A stretch of 64,000 nucleotides of DNA from Acidimicrobiales bacterium (lineage in GTDB: Bacteria > Actinomycetota > Acidimicrobiia > Acidimicrobiales > Aldehydirespiratoraceae), in the NCBI GenBank assembly GCA_029246685.1, contig JAQWMR010000013.1, positions 11,931-75,930 on the forward strand, in the 5' to 3' direction. The notes under the pieces were generated by a model. The model was given only the letters and a program-made list of their open reading frames with translations, ran no database searches and was not told where the DNA came from. Position numbers and translations under genes: made by a program. This document shows positions 10,212 to 18,576 of this stretch, one piece after another (position 1 is the first letter of the stretch; every line of letters starts with the position of its first letter).

Positions 10212-10873
10212 ATGTCCTCGACCACGTCCCTCGTCCCCCGCGACGTCTCGGCGCGCTGCTCCGCGCCGCGCGAGTGGCGGGCGGACTCGAGCACGGTCGG
10301 CGCGACTTGGATGAGGCGACCCTCGACACGCTCGTGCGGATCTGCGGCGTGGAGGACGCGGGCCTCGTCCCTAAACGGTCGCAGCTCGTCATCGATCTCG
10401 ACGACGGGCGCATCGCGGTCAACCACACGGATCTCGACGTCGACCCGCTGTCGGGGCCGGATGCCGTTCTCGCTCGCTACCTCGCACTCGTGTATCGGCT
10501 TCGCGATCTGCCAGTCGGCTCCAAGCTCCATCTCCGAGATGTCGACATCGACGTGCTCTCGACGGCACTCGCTCGGCAGTCCGACGACGTCGAGTCGCGG
10601 CTGCTTCAGCTGATCGCTGACGAGTCCGACGTCGCGCAGGACCAGAAGCGGATTCGCCGCCAGCTGCTGATGCCGCTGGTGGGCGTGGTCATCGCCGCGA
10701 CCGCGGTCGGAACGCTCGTTCTCGTCGCTGAGCAGAACGACGCGATGCCACCACCCCCTCCGGTCGCGACCCAGACTGAGGTCGACATCGCCACGCCGGC
10801 GATCGAAGAGGCACCCGCTGGCATCGCCGACATCGGCAACGGTGGCGCCGTCGAGGAGAGCCCGAACGGCTGA
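10212..10873 (+). pseudogene. Frameshifted membrane-anchored protein with remnant XRE-type HTH N-terminus
   Basis: ATG 10212 (MSSTTSLVP) is out of frame with PRRLGALLRAAR at a C-run (10235-10239); LGALLRAAR is followed almost directly by LEHGRR, so the HTH core appears missing; one C-terminal TM helix. Confidence 0.6.
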
Positions 10874-10905
10874 CGACTGCGGGGCCGGGCTGGCATGCTG
10901 AGCGC

Positions 10906-11394
10906 ATGGGTCGATGGAAGGTCGCCGGAGGACTGATCACTCGAGGAGCAGAGACGCTTCTCGTAGCGAACCGTCGTCGCGACGGCCGGGTCGACTGGAG
11001 CACGCCGGGCGGCGTCGTCGACGAGGGTGAGACACCACTGTTCGCGCTCTCGCGTGAGGTGCACGAGGAGACCGGCCTGAAGGTCGACGACTGGTCTCGG
11101 CTGTGCTGGACGACCGAAGTGGACTTCGTCGACCTCGAGATGCACCTCCTCGCCGAGGTGCATCTCGCGGAGTCGTTCGCCGGCGATCTGCTGATCGACG
11201 ACCCGGATGGCATCGTGGTCGAGGCTCACTTCCTGGACGCCGCGAAGATCGACACCCGGCTCACGACCGCGCCGGTCTGGGTGGCCGAACCCATGCGCGA
11301 CTGGCTGACCGGCCCGTGGGACGAGATTCGACACTTCGGCTACCGGGCGATGGGGCGAAGCCCGGCGGAGATGTCGGCCGAACGCGTCAGCTGA
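10906..11394 (+). CDS. NUDIX hydrolase
   Basis: Nudix box GGVVDEGETPLFALSREVHEETGL. Confidence 0.9.
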   Translation: MGRWKVAGGLITRGAETLLVANRRRDGRVDWSTPGGVVDEGETPLFALSREVHEETGLKVDDWSRLCWTTEVDFVDLEMHLLAEVHLAESFAGDLLIDDPDGIVVEAHFLDAAKIDTRLTTAPVWVAEPMRDWLTGPWDEIRHFGYRAMGRSPAEMSAERVS

Positions 11395-12665
11395 TGTCCT
11401 CGGCTCGTCCGCCCGACGGCACCCTCGGCTTCGTTCACGTCGACATGGACGCGTTCTTCGCATCCGTCGAGCTGCGCCGTCACCCTGAGCTCCAGGGGCA
11501 ACCGGTCGTGGTCGGCGGCACGGGCGACCGCGGCGTGGTCGCCGCGGCGAGCTATGAGGCACGTCTCTACGGCATCCACTCCGCGATGCCCTCCACCCGG
11601 GCCCGGCGGGCGTGTCCGCACGCGGTCTTCCTTCCTGGGGACCATGCGCACTATGCCGAGGTGAGCACGGAGGTGATGGCCATCCTGCGAGACACGACCC
11701 CGCTGGTCGAGCCGCTGTCCCTCGACGAGGCGTTCCTCGACGTCCGTGGCGCTTTGCATGGTGAGGATCGAGCGGCGGAGCTGGCGGCCGAGATCCGGGC
11801 CCGCGTACTTCGGGACCTCCGGTTGACCTGCTCCGTCGGCGTCGCCACCAACAAGTTCATCGCCAAGCTGGCGACCGAACGTGCCAAGCCCAGCCCGTCG
11901 GCTCGCGGCCCCGTGTTCGGTAGCGGGGTGTTCGTTGTTCCCGCCGGCGAGGAACTCGCGTTTCTGCACCCCATTCCGGTCCGGGAGCTCTGGGGGGTCG
12001 GTCCGGCAACGGGCCGCAAGCTGTCCGGAATGGGTATCGAAACGGTCGGGGATCTCGCCACCCAGCCGCTGAGCCGCATCGAGGCCGGAGTCGGTCGGGC
12101 CGCCGGCGCGCACCTGCACGCTCTCGCGAACGGGCGAGACGAACGACCGGTCGAGGTCGATCAGGAGCTGAAGTCGATCGGTCATGAGGAGACGTTCGCT
12201 CGCGATCTCGTGGTGATCGAGGACATCCGTCCCCATCTGGTTCGCATGGCCGACGCGGTCGCCGCTCGGCTTCGGAAGGGGTCCGTGCTTGGCCGCACGG
12301 TGACCATCAAGGTCCGGTTCGCAGACTTCACGACCATTACGCGATCGATCACGCTGTCCGAACCGATCGATGGCGCGAGAGTGATCGCGACCGAGGCAGA
12401 GACGATGCTGGCAAGGCTGGATCCGACGCCAGGTGTGCGGCTGTTCGGTGTCTCGCTGAGCCAACTCGTCGACGGATCGATCCGTCAGCTGTCGCTCGAT
12501 GAGGTCGCCGGACCCGCGTGGACGGACGCGGATGCCGTCATTGACGACATCCGCGACCGATTCGGATCGAGCGCAATCGGCCCAGCCGCGCTGGCCCGAC
12601 CGGGCGAAGGGTTACGGCGATTCGAGGTCGGGCAGCAGCAATGGGGACCCGACGAACGGCCCTGA
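11394..12665 (+). CDS. dinB: DNA polymerase IV
   Basis: HVDMDAFFASVE, AASYEAR, SLDEAFLD, LWGVG, KSIGHEETF; ATG overlaps the NUDIX TGA. Confidence 0.95.
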   Translation: MSSARPPDGTLGFVHVDMDAFFASVELRRHPELQGQPVVVGGTGDRGVVAAASYEARLYGIHSAMPSTRARRACPHAVFLPGDHAHYAEVSTEVMAILRDTTPLVEPLSLDEAFLDVRGALHGEDRAAELAAEIRARVLRDLRLTCSVGVATNKFIAKLATERAKPSPSARGPVFGSGVFVVPAGEELAFLHPIPVRELWGVGPATGRKLSGMGIETVGDLATQPLSRIEAGVGRAAGAHLHALANGRDERPVEVDQELKSIGHEETFARDLVVIEDIRPHLVRMADAVAARLRKGSVLGRTVTIKVRFADFTTITRSITLSEPIDGARVIATEAETMLARLDPTPGVRLFGVSLSQLVDGSIRQLSLDEVAGPAWTDADAVIDDIRDRFGSSAIGPAALARPGEGLRRFEVGQQQWGPDERP

Positions 12666-12763
12666 CGCCCGCGAAACGGGCCAAATCGCCCAGTGCCGCG
12701 CGTTGTCCAGCCAGATCGGCTGTGCGACACTGGAGGGCACGACACCCGGGCTGGAGGAGATCG

Positions 12764-13147
12764 GTGCCGCTTTCCGAGGACGAACAACGAATCCTTACGG
12801 AGATTGAAGACCATCTCTATGAAAGCGACCCTGCGCTCGCGCGCGAGGTGGCCCAGACGACGATCTACACGCACGCGTTCCGCAACCTGAAGTGGGCGAC
12901 CGCCGGCTTCCTGCTTGGCACGGTGCTTATGGTGATCCTGCTGTCCACGTCGTTCATCTTCGCCTTCGGCGGCTTCCTGCTCATGCTGGCAAGCCTGCTG
13001 TGCTTCGAGAACAACGCCCGCAAGCTCGGGCGCGCCGGTCTCGAACAGATGACGGAGAACTTCCGCGGCGGAGGGCTACGCGACGCCATGGGCGGCGCGG
13101 GCGACCGGATGCGCGAACGCTTCCAGCGTCCTGAAGACGTCGACTGA
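12764..13147 (+). CDS. DUF3040 family membrane protein
   Basis: PLSEDEQRILTEIEDHLYESDP signature followed by two TM helices; GGAGG RBS upstream of the GTG. Confidence 0.88.
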   Translation: MPLSEDEQRILTEIEDHLYESDPALAREVAQTTIYTHAFRNLKWATAGFLLGTVLMVILLSTSFIFAFGGFLLMLASLLCFENNARKLGRAGLEQMTENFRGGGLRDAMGGAGDRMRERFQRPEDVD

Positions 13148-13162
13148 ACCCGTCGAGCGTTC

Positions 13163-13810
13163 TCAGCCGAACAGTGGTGCCGGCGCCGGCAGTACCAGGG
13201 TGCGCGGGTCGAGCGCGTCGCGAATGACAGCGCCCCGACCAACGAGTGTGCGGACGAGACCGACGATCGCCGCTGCTGCGTCCTGGGCGGCGATGGCGCG
13301 TTCGACGGCACCGTCCTCGTCGCCGGCATAGCGGAGGCACGTCACGTCGTCGGCGAGCTCGCGGATCGGGCCGAGGTCTCGCGTGCTGCGCTCGACGATC
13401 GACGCGAACTCGTGGGGCGTCTGGGTGCTGGTCGGCGTGAATCCGAGGAGCCGCAGCGCGCCGAGCGCGTCGTCCCACGCAACCTCGCCTCGACCGATCG
13501 GGTCCGCGGCAACGGCGCGCAATCGGGATCGGCGTCGCACGGCCTGCGTCGTCGGGACGAAGCCCACAATGGCGATAATCACCAGCAGGCCGAGAAGAAT
13601 GGCGAGCCAGCGCCCGCGCCCGGATCCGTCGTCTCCGACGGGGAAGCCGGCAGTCGACGGGTCGTCGCCGGGTGCGGTCGTGGTGGGTCCGTCGCCGGGC
13701 TGTTGGCTCTGACCAGGCTCTGAGGTTGTCGGACCGCCGGGGATGGTCGTTGTGTTGTCGAGGGGTGGGGCCGCAGTCTCAGATCCGGCCTGCTGGGGAG
13801 CGGGGCACAG
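13163..13810 (-). pseudogene. C-terminal remnant of a transglutaminase-like (TgpA/DUF3488, DUF4129-tail) membrane protein
   Basis: Pro/Thr linker, TM helix, then AWDDALGALRLLGFTPTSTQTPHEFA...LRYA (DUF4129-like); no catalytic domain and no credible start before the divergent ROK gene. Confidence 0.65.
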
Positions 13811-13841
13811 GCATTCGCGCGCTGGGGCGTAGGTTGTTGCC

Positions 13842-14717
13842 ATGTCCCGCGCTCTCGCTGTCGACATCGGTGGCACGAAGTTCGAGGTCGCCGTCGTCGA
13901 TGACTCCGGTGTGATCGAGCAGCGCGGCCGGGTCTCGTCGACTGACGCCGTCGATGCGGAGGACCTGTTCTCGCGGCTTGCCGGCCTCATCGCCGAGACA
14001 GACCTCGACGGCTTGGATGTCTGCGGCGTCGGCTCGGGTGGGCCGATGCGGCGAGGCGGGGTGGCGGTGTCCCCGCTCAACATCACGGTTTGGCGAGACT
14101 TTCCGCTGCACGAGCGAGTGGCGGCCGCCTGTGGCTTGCCGACGTTCGTGGACAACGACGCCAAGGCGCTGGCGCTGGCCGAGGGTTGGCTCGGAGCTGC
14201 TCGGGGCGTCCGTAACTACATCGGCATGGTCGTGTCCACCGGTGTCGGCGGCGGCATCGTCCTGGACGGTCGGCTTCTCGACGGCGACGATGGCAACGCG
14301 GGCCACATTGGTCACATCATCGTCGAGCCGAACGGCACGGAGGTCCCCGGTCACGTCCGAGGTGTTCTCGAAGCGGAAGCGAGCGGCACAGCGATCGCCT
14401 TCCGGACCGGCGCATCGGCCAAGGAAGCGGACCTCGATGAGCGGCGTCGGGTCGGAACCATGGTCGGGCGCGCGGTTGGTTCGGTTGCGAACCTTCTCGA
14501 CCTGCAGCTCGCAGTGGTGGCCGGCTCGGTTGCCCTCGGGTATGGCGAGGACTTCTTCAGCGCCGCCCAGGCCGAGATCGATCGGGTCGCCGTGCTCCAG
14601 CACGCTGAAGGAACCCGGATCGTTCCCGCCGGCTTGGGCGCCGACGGACCGATCGTGGGCGCGGCAGCCGTCGGCTTCGTCGGTCAGGGTCAAGATCTGC
14701 TCGGGACGGGATCGTGA
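13842..14717 (+). CDS. ROK family sugar kinase (glucokinase-like)
   Basis: AVDIGGTK, VDNDA, STGVGGG, GNAGHIGH. Confidence 0.9.
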   Translation: MSRALAVDIGGTKFEVAVVDDSGVIEQRGRVSSTDAVDAEDLFSRLAGLIAETDLDGLDVCGVGSGGPMRRGGVAVSPLNITVWRDFPLHERVAAACGLPTFVDNDAKALALAEGWLGAARGVRNYIGMVVSTGVGGGIVLDGRLLDGDDGNAGHIGHIIVEPNGTEVPGHVRGVLEAEASGTAIAFRTGASAKEADLDERRRVGTMVGRAVGSVANLLDLQLAVVAGSVALGYGEDFFSAAQAEIDRVAVLQHAEGTRIVPAGLGADGPIVGAAAVGFVGQGQDLLGTGS

Positions 14718-14980
14718 GCGCCGTCGCCGGCATCGCTCGCGTCGCAGCGACCGTCGCCCTTCGTCCCACACTCTGGGTCACGGCAGTCGTCATGTATGTG
14801 CGTCTCGTGCCGGACAGCTGGTGGCGGGAGTCGCCCCGACTCCCTGTGCCGGATCGCGACATGCTCGCGTTCCGGGCGACCACACAGTACGGCGATCCGG
14901 ACTACGCGCCCGTCGCCGATGACCTGGTGTCGTGGCTGCGCTGGTGCAAAGCCGAGAACCAGCGCGGCCGCATTCGGTAG
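14714..14980 (+). CDS. Small hypothetical protein coupled to the ROK kinase
   Basis: GTGA overlap with the ROK stop; Trp-rich 88 aa ORF. Confidence 0.7.
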   Translation: MSAVAGIARVAATVALRPTLWVTAVVMYVRLVPDSWWRESPRLPVPDRDMLAFRATTQYGDPDYAPVADDLVSWLRWCKAENQRGRIR

Positions 14981-14991
14981 ATTCTCCCCTC

Positions 14992-15498
14992 ATGACCGGA
15001 GTCCTCGTTCTCAACGCGACGTTCGAGCCCCTTGCCGTGGTGCCGACCCGACGGGCGATCTGTCTGATGCTCGCCGAGAAGGTCGAACTCCTCCACGGTT
15101 CGGGGCGACGAGTGCGAAGTGAACGACTCGCGCTCGACGAGCCATCCGTCGTGCGGCTCAGCCGCTATGTCCACGTGCCTTACCCGAAGCACCGCGCGCC
15201 GAACCGGCGCGGCGTGCTCGCTCGGGATCACCACACCTGCCAGTACTGCGGCAGCAACGCTGAGACAGTGGACCACGTGGTTCCCCGCAGCCGCGGGGGG
15301 CGCCACACGTGGGACAACGTCGTCGCGGCGTGCCGCCGATGCAACGGAGGGAAGCGGGACCGGCTGCTGGGTGAGACCACCATGCGTCTGGCCCGCGCTC
15401 CCGGGCCGCCACCGGCGAGCACCTGGATCGAGGTGGCTGTGGGCACGGTTCCGTCCGCGTGGACGCCGTACCTCGCGCCCGAGCGCCGCTCCGCGTGA
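14992..15498 (+). CDS. HNH endonuclease
   Basis: VLVLNATFEPL, RDHHTCQYCG, TVDHVVPRSRGG, WDNVVAACRRCNGGK. Confidence 0.92.
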   Translation: MTGVLVLNATFEPLAVVPTRRAICLMLAEKVELLHGSGRRVRSERLALDEPSVVRLSRYVHVPYPKHRAPNRRGVLARDHHTCQYCGSNAETVDHVVPRSRGGRHTWDNVVAACRRCNGGKRDRLLGETTMRLARAPGPPPASTWIEVAVGTVPSAWTPYLAPERRSA

Positions 15499-15508
15499 AC
15501 GAGTCCGT

Positions 15509-16174
15509 GTGAACGAGGTCTGCGGCTGGGCGTGGCGGCGCCGCACCGGCGCCGCCGCCGATCTTCACGCGTGGGAGCCACCAGAGGAGTCGATTCCGAC
15601 GGTCGACTCGATGAACGTCGAGCGAGCGGCGCTGGCGCTCGGGAGCGCTCAGGACGACGACGTCGTCGACGCTGATTCGGCGACGCGCAATGGGATCGAG
15701 GTGGTTCGGCGCCGGAGCGGCGGGGGAGCAGTACTGCTCGTGCCGGACGAGCACATCTGGATCGATCTGTGGCTGCCGGCCGGTGACTGCCGTTGGAACG
15801 ATGACGTGGTCGTCGCGAGCGCGTGGGTGGCGGACGTCTGGATTGCGGCCGCGAGGGAGGTCGGCCTCGAGAATCTGCGGATGCATGCGGGTCCGCAGAC
15901 AGGGGACGACTGGGCGCGTGAGGTCTGCTTCACCGGGGCCGGGCCGGGTGAGGTCTTCAGCGGGGACCGCAAGCTCGTCGGTCTGAGCCAGCGTCGAACC
16001 CGGGACTGGGCTCGCTTCCAGTGCCTGGTCCACCGTCGTTGGGACAGCGACGCCACCTTCGGCCTGATGGCCGCGGCCGCAGCCGAGGATGCGGTGCCGT
16101 ACCGCTCGACGGTGGCTTCGGTGGGCGATCTCGATCTCGAGTTGGCCTTCCTCCGGGCGCTAGCGCTGAGCTGA
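15509..16174 (+). CDS. Lipoate-protein ligase/octanoyltransferase family protein
   Basis: LALGSAQ, VRRRSGGGAVL, CF...GE...KLVGLSQRR; start uncertain. Confidence 0.8.
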   Translation: MNEVCGWAWRRRTGAAADLHAWEPPEESIPTVDSMNVERAALALGSAQDDDVVDADSATRNGIEVVRRRSGGGAVLLVPDEHIWIDLWLPAGDCRWNDDVVVASAWVADVWIAAAREVGLENLRMHAGPQTGDDWAREVCFTGAGPGEVFSGDRKLVGLSQRRTRDWARFQCLVHRRWDSDATFGLMAAAAAEDAVPYRSTVASVGDLDLELAFLRALALS

Positions 16175-16189
16175 GCCCGCGTTGCCGGA

Positions 16190-16211
16190 CGGCCGCCGAT
16201 CCCGGCGGCCG
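16190..16211 (+). terminator. GC-rich hairpin after the ligase gene (possible terminator)
   Basis: CGGCCGCCG-ATCC-CGGCGGCCG, 9-bp perfect stem, no clear U-tract. Confidence 0.45.
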
Positions 16212-16255
16212 ATTCGACGCGCGCGGCGACCGCGGCGACCACCGCCCACGATCAC

Positions 16256-16269
16256 CGAACGTGCGTTCG
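16256..16269. promoter_or_regulatory. LexA (SOS/Cheo) box
   Basis: CGAACGTGCGTTCG matches the Gram-positive consensus CGAACRNRYGTTCG at every position. Confidence 0.7.
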
Positions 16270-16290
16270 CTCGCGCGCAACGTCAAAGAA

Positions 16291-16380
16291 ATTGTGGGGG
16301 ATTGTCTTGCATCTGTGGAGAGGTGAGGAGTAGAGTGGTGCGATATGGAGGCCTAGGGAGAACTGGGGAGAGAGGGGGTG
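16291..16380 (+). promoter_or_regulatory. MraZ autoregulatory binding array
   Basis: GTGGAG-like hexamers at exact 10-nt period ending at 16320 (GTGGAG), 16330 (GAGGAG), 16340 (GTGGTG), 16350 (ATGGAG), 16360 (AGGGAG), 16370 (GGGGAG), 16380 (GGGGTG), plus GTGGGG ending at 16299. Confidence 0.8.
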
Positions 16381-16384
16381 ACAC

Positions 16385-16855
16385 ATGGCGACCACAGGAA
16401 CAACCGCATCAGGAAGCGCCCGATTCGTCGGGAACTTCGAGCACACGCTGGACGACAAGGGTCGCCTCATCTTGCCGTCGTCTTTTCGGGCGAAGCTGGC
16501 CGAGGGTGCCTTCGTCACCCCGCTGGATCACTGTCTGGCGATCCTTCCCGCCGCCGAGTTCGACCGGATGGCCGACGCGCTCGAGGAGCAGGTCGCCACT
16601 GGCGAGGTGGATGTGAATGCGGTCCGTGCGTTCGCGAGCCAAGCCGACGAGGTGGTGCCGGATGCCCAGGGGCGGGTTCGCCTCCTTCCGCATCTGCGCG
16701 AGATCGCCGGTCTCGACCGTGCCGTGATCGTCACGGGCGCGTTGCGTCGCATCGAAGTCTGGGCCCCGGAGCGCTGGTCCAGCATGTCGCCTGCCGGCAC
16801 GGAGAAGTTGGCCGAAGCCATCGAGCATGGCCACGGCTTGGGGGCTCGTGGATGA
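16385..16855 (+). CDS. mraZ: Division/cell wall cluster transcriptional repressor MraZ
   Basis: FVGNFEHTLDDKGRLILP, DAQGRV, RIEVW; first gene of the dcw cluster. Confidence 0.95.
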   Translation: MATTGTTASGSARFVGNFEHTLDDKGRLILPSSFRAKLAEGAFVTPLDHCLAILPAAEFDRMADALEEQVATGEVDVNAVRAFASQADEVVPDAQGRVRLLPHLREIAGLDRAVIVTGALRRIEVWAPERWSSMSPAGTEKLAEAIEHGHGLGARG

Positions 16856-16929
16856 GCTACGCCACCACCGCACTCGCCGACACCGTTCTTGTTCGCACGA
16901 TTTCTACTCGTCCAACGGAAAGGAGCGCG

Positions 16930-17110
16930 CCGGACCCTCTGGTCTGAAGTGACGACTCGGTCATCTGCAGTCTTCCGACCGACAAATGGAAGACCCGTAC
17001 TCCGCCCGCTTGCCATTAGTTCGACCGGGGAGACATCCCGGCCGACGCCGTCGGTCGGGGGACTGCAGATGACCGACGTCGGCGCACTTCGCACCGACCA
17101 CAGCATCCGG
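16930..17110 (+). ncRNA. Structured cis-regulatory RNA candidate in the mraZ-rsmH spacer (position of the actinobacterial mraW RNA motif)
   Basis: 16957-16983 pairs with 17050-17076 over 27 bp (two G-U); outer helices GAAGTG/CACTTC, TGGTC/GACCA, CCGGA/TCCGG; two inner hairpins. Confidence 0.7.
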
Positions 17111-17119
17111 CGGTTCATC

Positions 17120-18100
17120 ATGGGGGATCTCGATCACAGCGGCGGCAGTGATCCGGCGTTCGCACACGACTCCGTGATGCTCGCCGAGATAACTGAAGTG
17201 CTCGCCGAGGTTCCCGACGGCTACGTCGTCGACGCCACCCTCGGCGGTGCCGGCCACGCGGACGCTCTTCTCGCGGCAAACGACGGCATCGCTCTGGTCG
17301 GTCTCGACCAGGACCAGATGGCGCTCGACGCCGCCGGTGCCCGGCTCGCTCCCCATGGCGACCGGGTCACCCTTCGCCATCGTCGATTCGACGGTCTGGC
17401 CGAGGAGCTCCGCTCCCTCGGCATCAACGAGGTCTCCGGGGTCCTGTTCGACCTCGGAGTCAGCTCGCCACAGCTGGACATCGCCGCACGCGGGTTCAGC
17501 TTCCGAAACGACGGTCCGCTCGACATGCGCATGGACCAGACGGCGTCCACGACCGCCGCGGATCTCGTGAACGGACTCGAAGAACGCGCCCTCGAGTCAT
17601 TGCTGCGGCGCAACGCCGACGAGTCCCATGCCCGCCGAATCGCTCGCGCGGTAGTCGCGGCCCGTCCGATCGAGTCGACGGCTGAGCTGGCTGACATCGT
17701 CCGCGACGCCGTACCGGCGGCAGCACGGCGCAAGGGTGGCCATCCGGCGCGACGGACGTTCCAGGCCCTTCGGATCGAGGTCAACCGCGAGCTCGAGATC
17801 CTCGACGACGCCGTGCATCAGGCCATCGACCTGCTCGCGCCGGCCGGCCGCTGCGCAGTGCTCTCCTACCACTCGGGTGAGGATCGGATCGTGAAGCGTC
17901 GGTTCCGCGACGCGGCGGGTGAAGCGCCGCCGCCTCGGCCGGATCTTCCCCCGCCGCCTGGATACGAGGCAGAGGTACGACTCCTCTGGCGAGGTGCCCG
18001 CACTCCGGACGCAGCTGAAGTCGACCGCAACCCCCGCGCCGAAGCGGCGAAGTTCCGCGCCGTTGAGAAGCTTCCCATTGACGATTCGAAGGCTGCCTGA
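17120..18100 (+). CDS. rsmH: 16S rRNA m4C1402 methyltransferase
   Basis: HDSVM, VDATLGGAGH, DLGVSSPQLD, RGFSF, PLDMRMD, FQALRIEVN, SYHSGEDRIVK, NPRA; alternative in-frame ATG at 17069. Confidence 0.95.
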   Translation: MGDLDHSGGSDPAFAHDSVMLAEITEVLAEVPDGYVVDATLGGAGHADALLAANDGIALVGLDQDQMALDAAGARLAPHGDRVTLRHRRFDGLAEELRSLGINEVSGVLFDLGVSSPQLDIAARGFSFRNDGPLDMRMDQTASTTAADLVNGLEERALESLLRRNADESHARRIARAVVAARPIESTAELADIVRDAVPAAARRKGGHPARRTFQALRIEVNRELEILDDAVHQAIDLLAPAGRCAVLSYHSGEDRIVKRRFRDAAGEAPPPRPDLPPPPGYEAEVRLLWRGARTPDAAEVDRNPRAEAAKFRAVEKLPIDDSKAA

Positions 18101-18576
18101 TGGCGGCTCCCTCCCTCGCCGCCGCGCCGAAGCGGTCCACCGCGCCACGCAAGGCCGCGGCCGCACAGCCGCGCCTACGCGTTGTCCGTCACGACGAACG
18201 TGTCCGCACCGTCGGCACGATCAGCACCATGGTGGCCGCGTTCTTCTTCGTGGTCATGCTGGCGCTCGCCGGCCTCCACGCGATCGTCGTCCAAACGCAG
18301 GCAGATCTCGACGGCGTCAATGACCAGATCGCCGACCTCGAAACCGGCCGCGTCCATGCCCTGGCCGAGCTCGCCTGGGCAGAATCAGCCGCCGGACTCT
18401 CCGAAGTTGCAGCGGCTGCCGGCTACGTCCCCGCGGCCGACCATGAGCATCTGGCCCTCGTCGCCCCCGCCGCGCTGGAGGCCCCGGTAACCGTCGATCC
18501 ATTCCGGCCCGGAAGCGCCGCGCTGCCGGAACCGACAGAGCCCGCCCCGGTCGAGCTCGAGGTCGGTGCGCGGTGA
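18100..18576 (+). CDS. ftsL: Cell division protein FtsL-like
   Basis: Basic N-terminus, single TM, short coiled coil; located between rsmH and ftsI. Confidence 0.75.
   Translation: MAAPSLAAAPKRSTAPRKAAAAQPRLRVVRHDERVRTVGTISTMVAAFFFVVMLALAGLHAIVVQTQADLDGVNDQIADLETGRVHALAELAWAESAAGLSEVAAAAGYVPAADHEHLALVAPAALEAPVTVDPFRPGSAALPEPTEPAPVELEVGAR

Noticed and set aside
14992..15498. HNH nuclease as a mobile element or defence system
   Set aside because: Common stand-alone actinobacterial HNH type; no intron, methylase, IS ends or compositional anomaly nearby
15494..15522. Short duplication GTGAACGAG at the HNH/ligase junction
   Set aside because: Too short to indicate an insertion scar; no associated element
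16291..16380. G-rich periodic tract as a G-quadruplex or novel repeat
   Set aside because: Adequately explained as the known MraZ binding array
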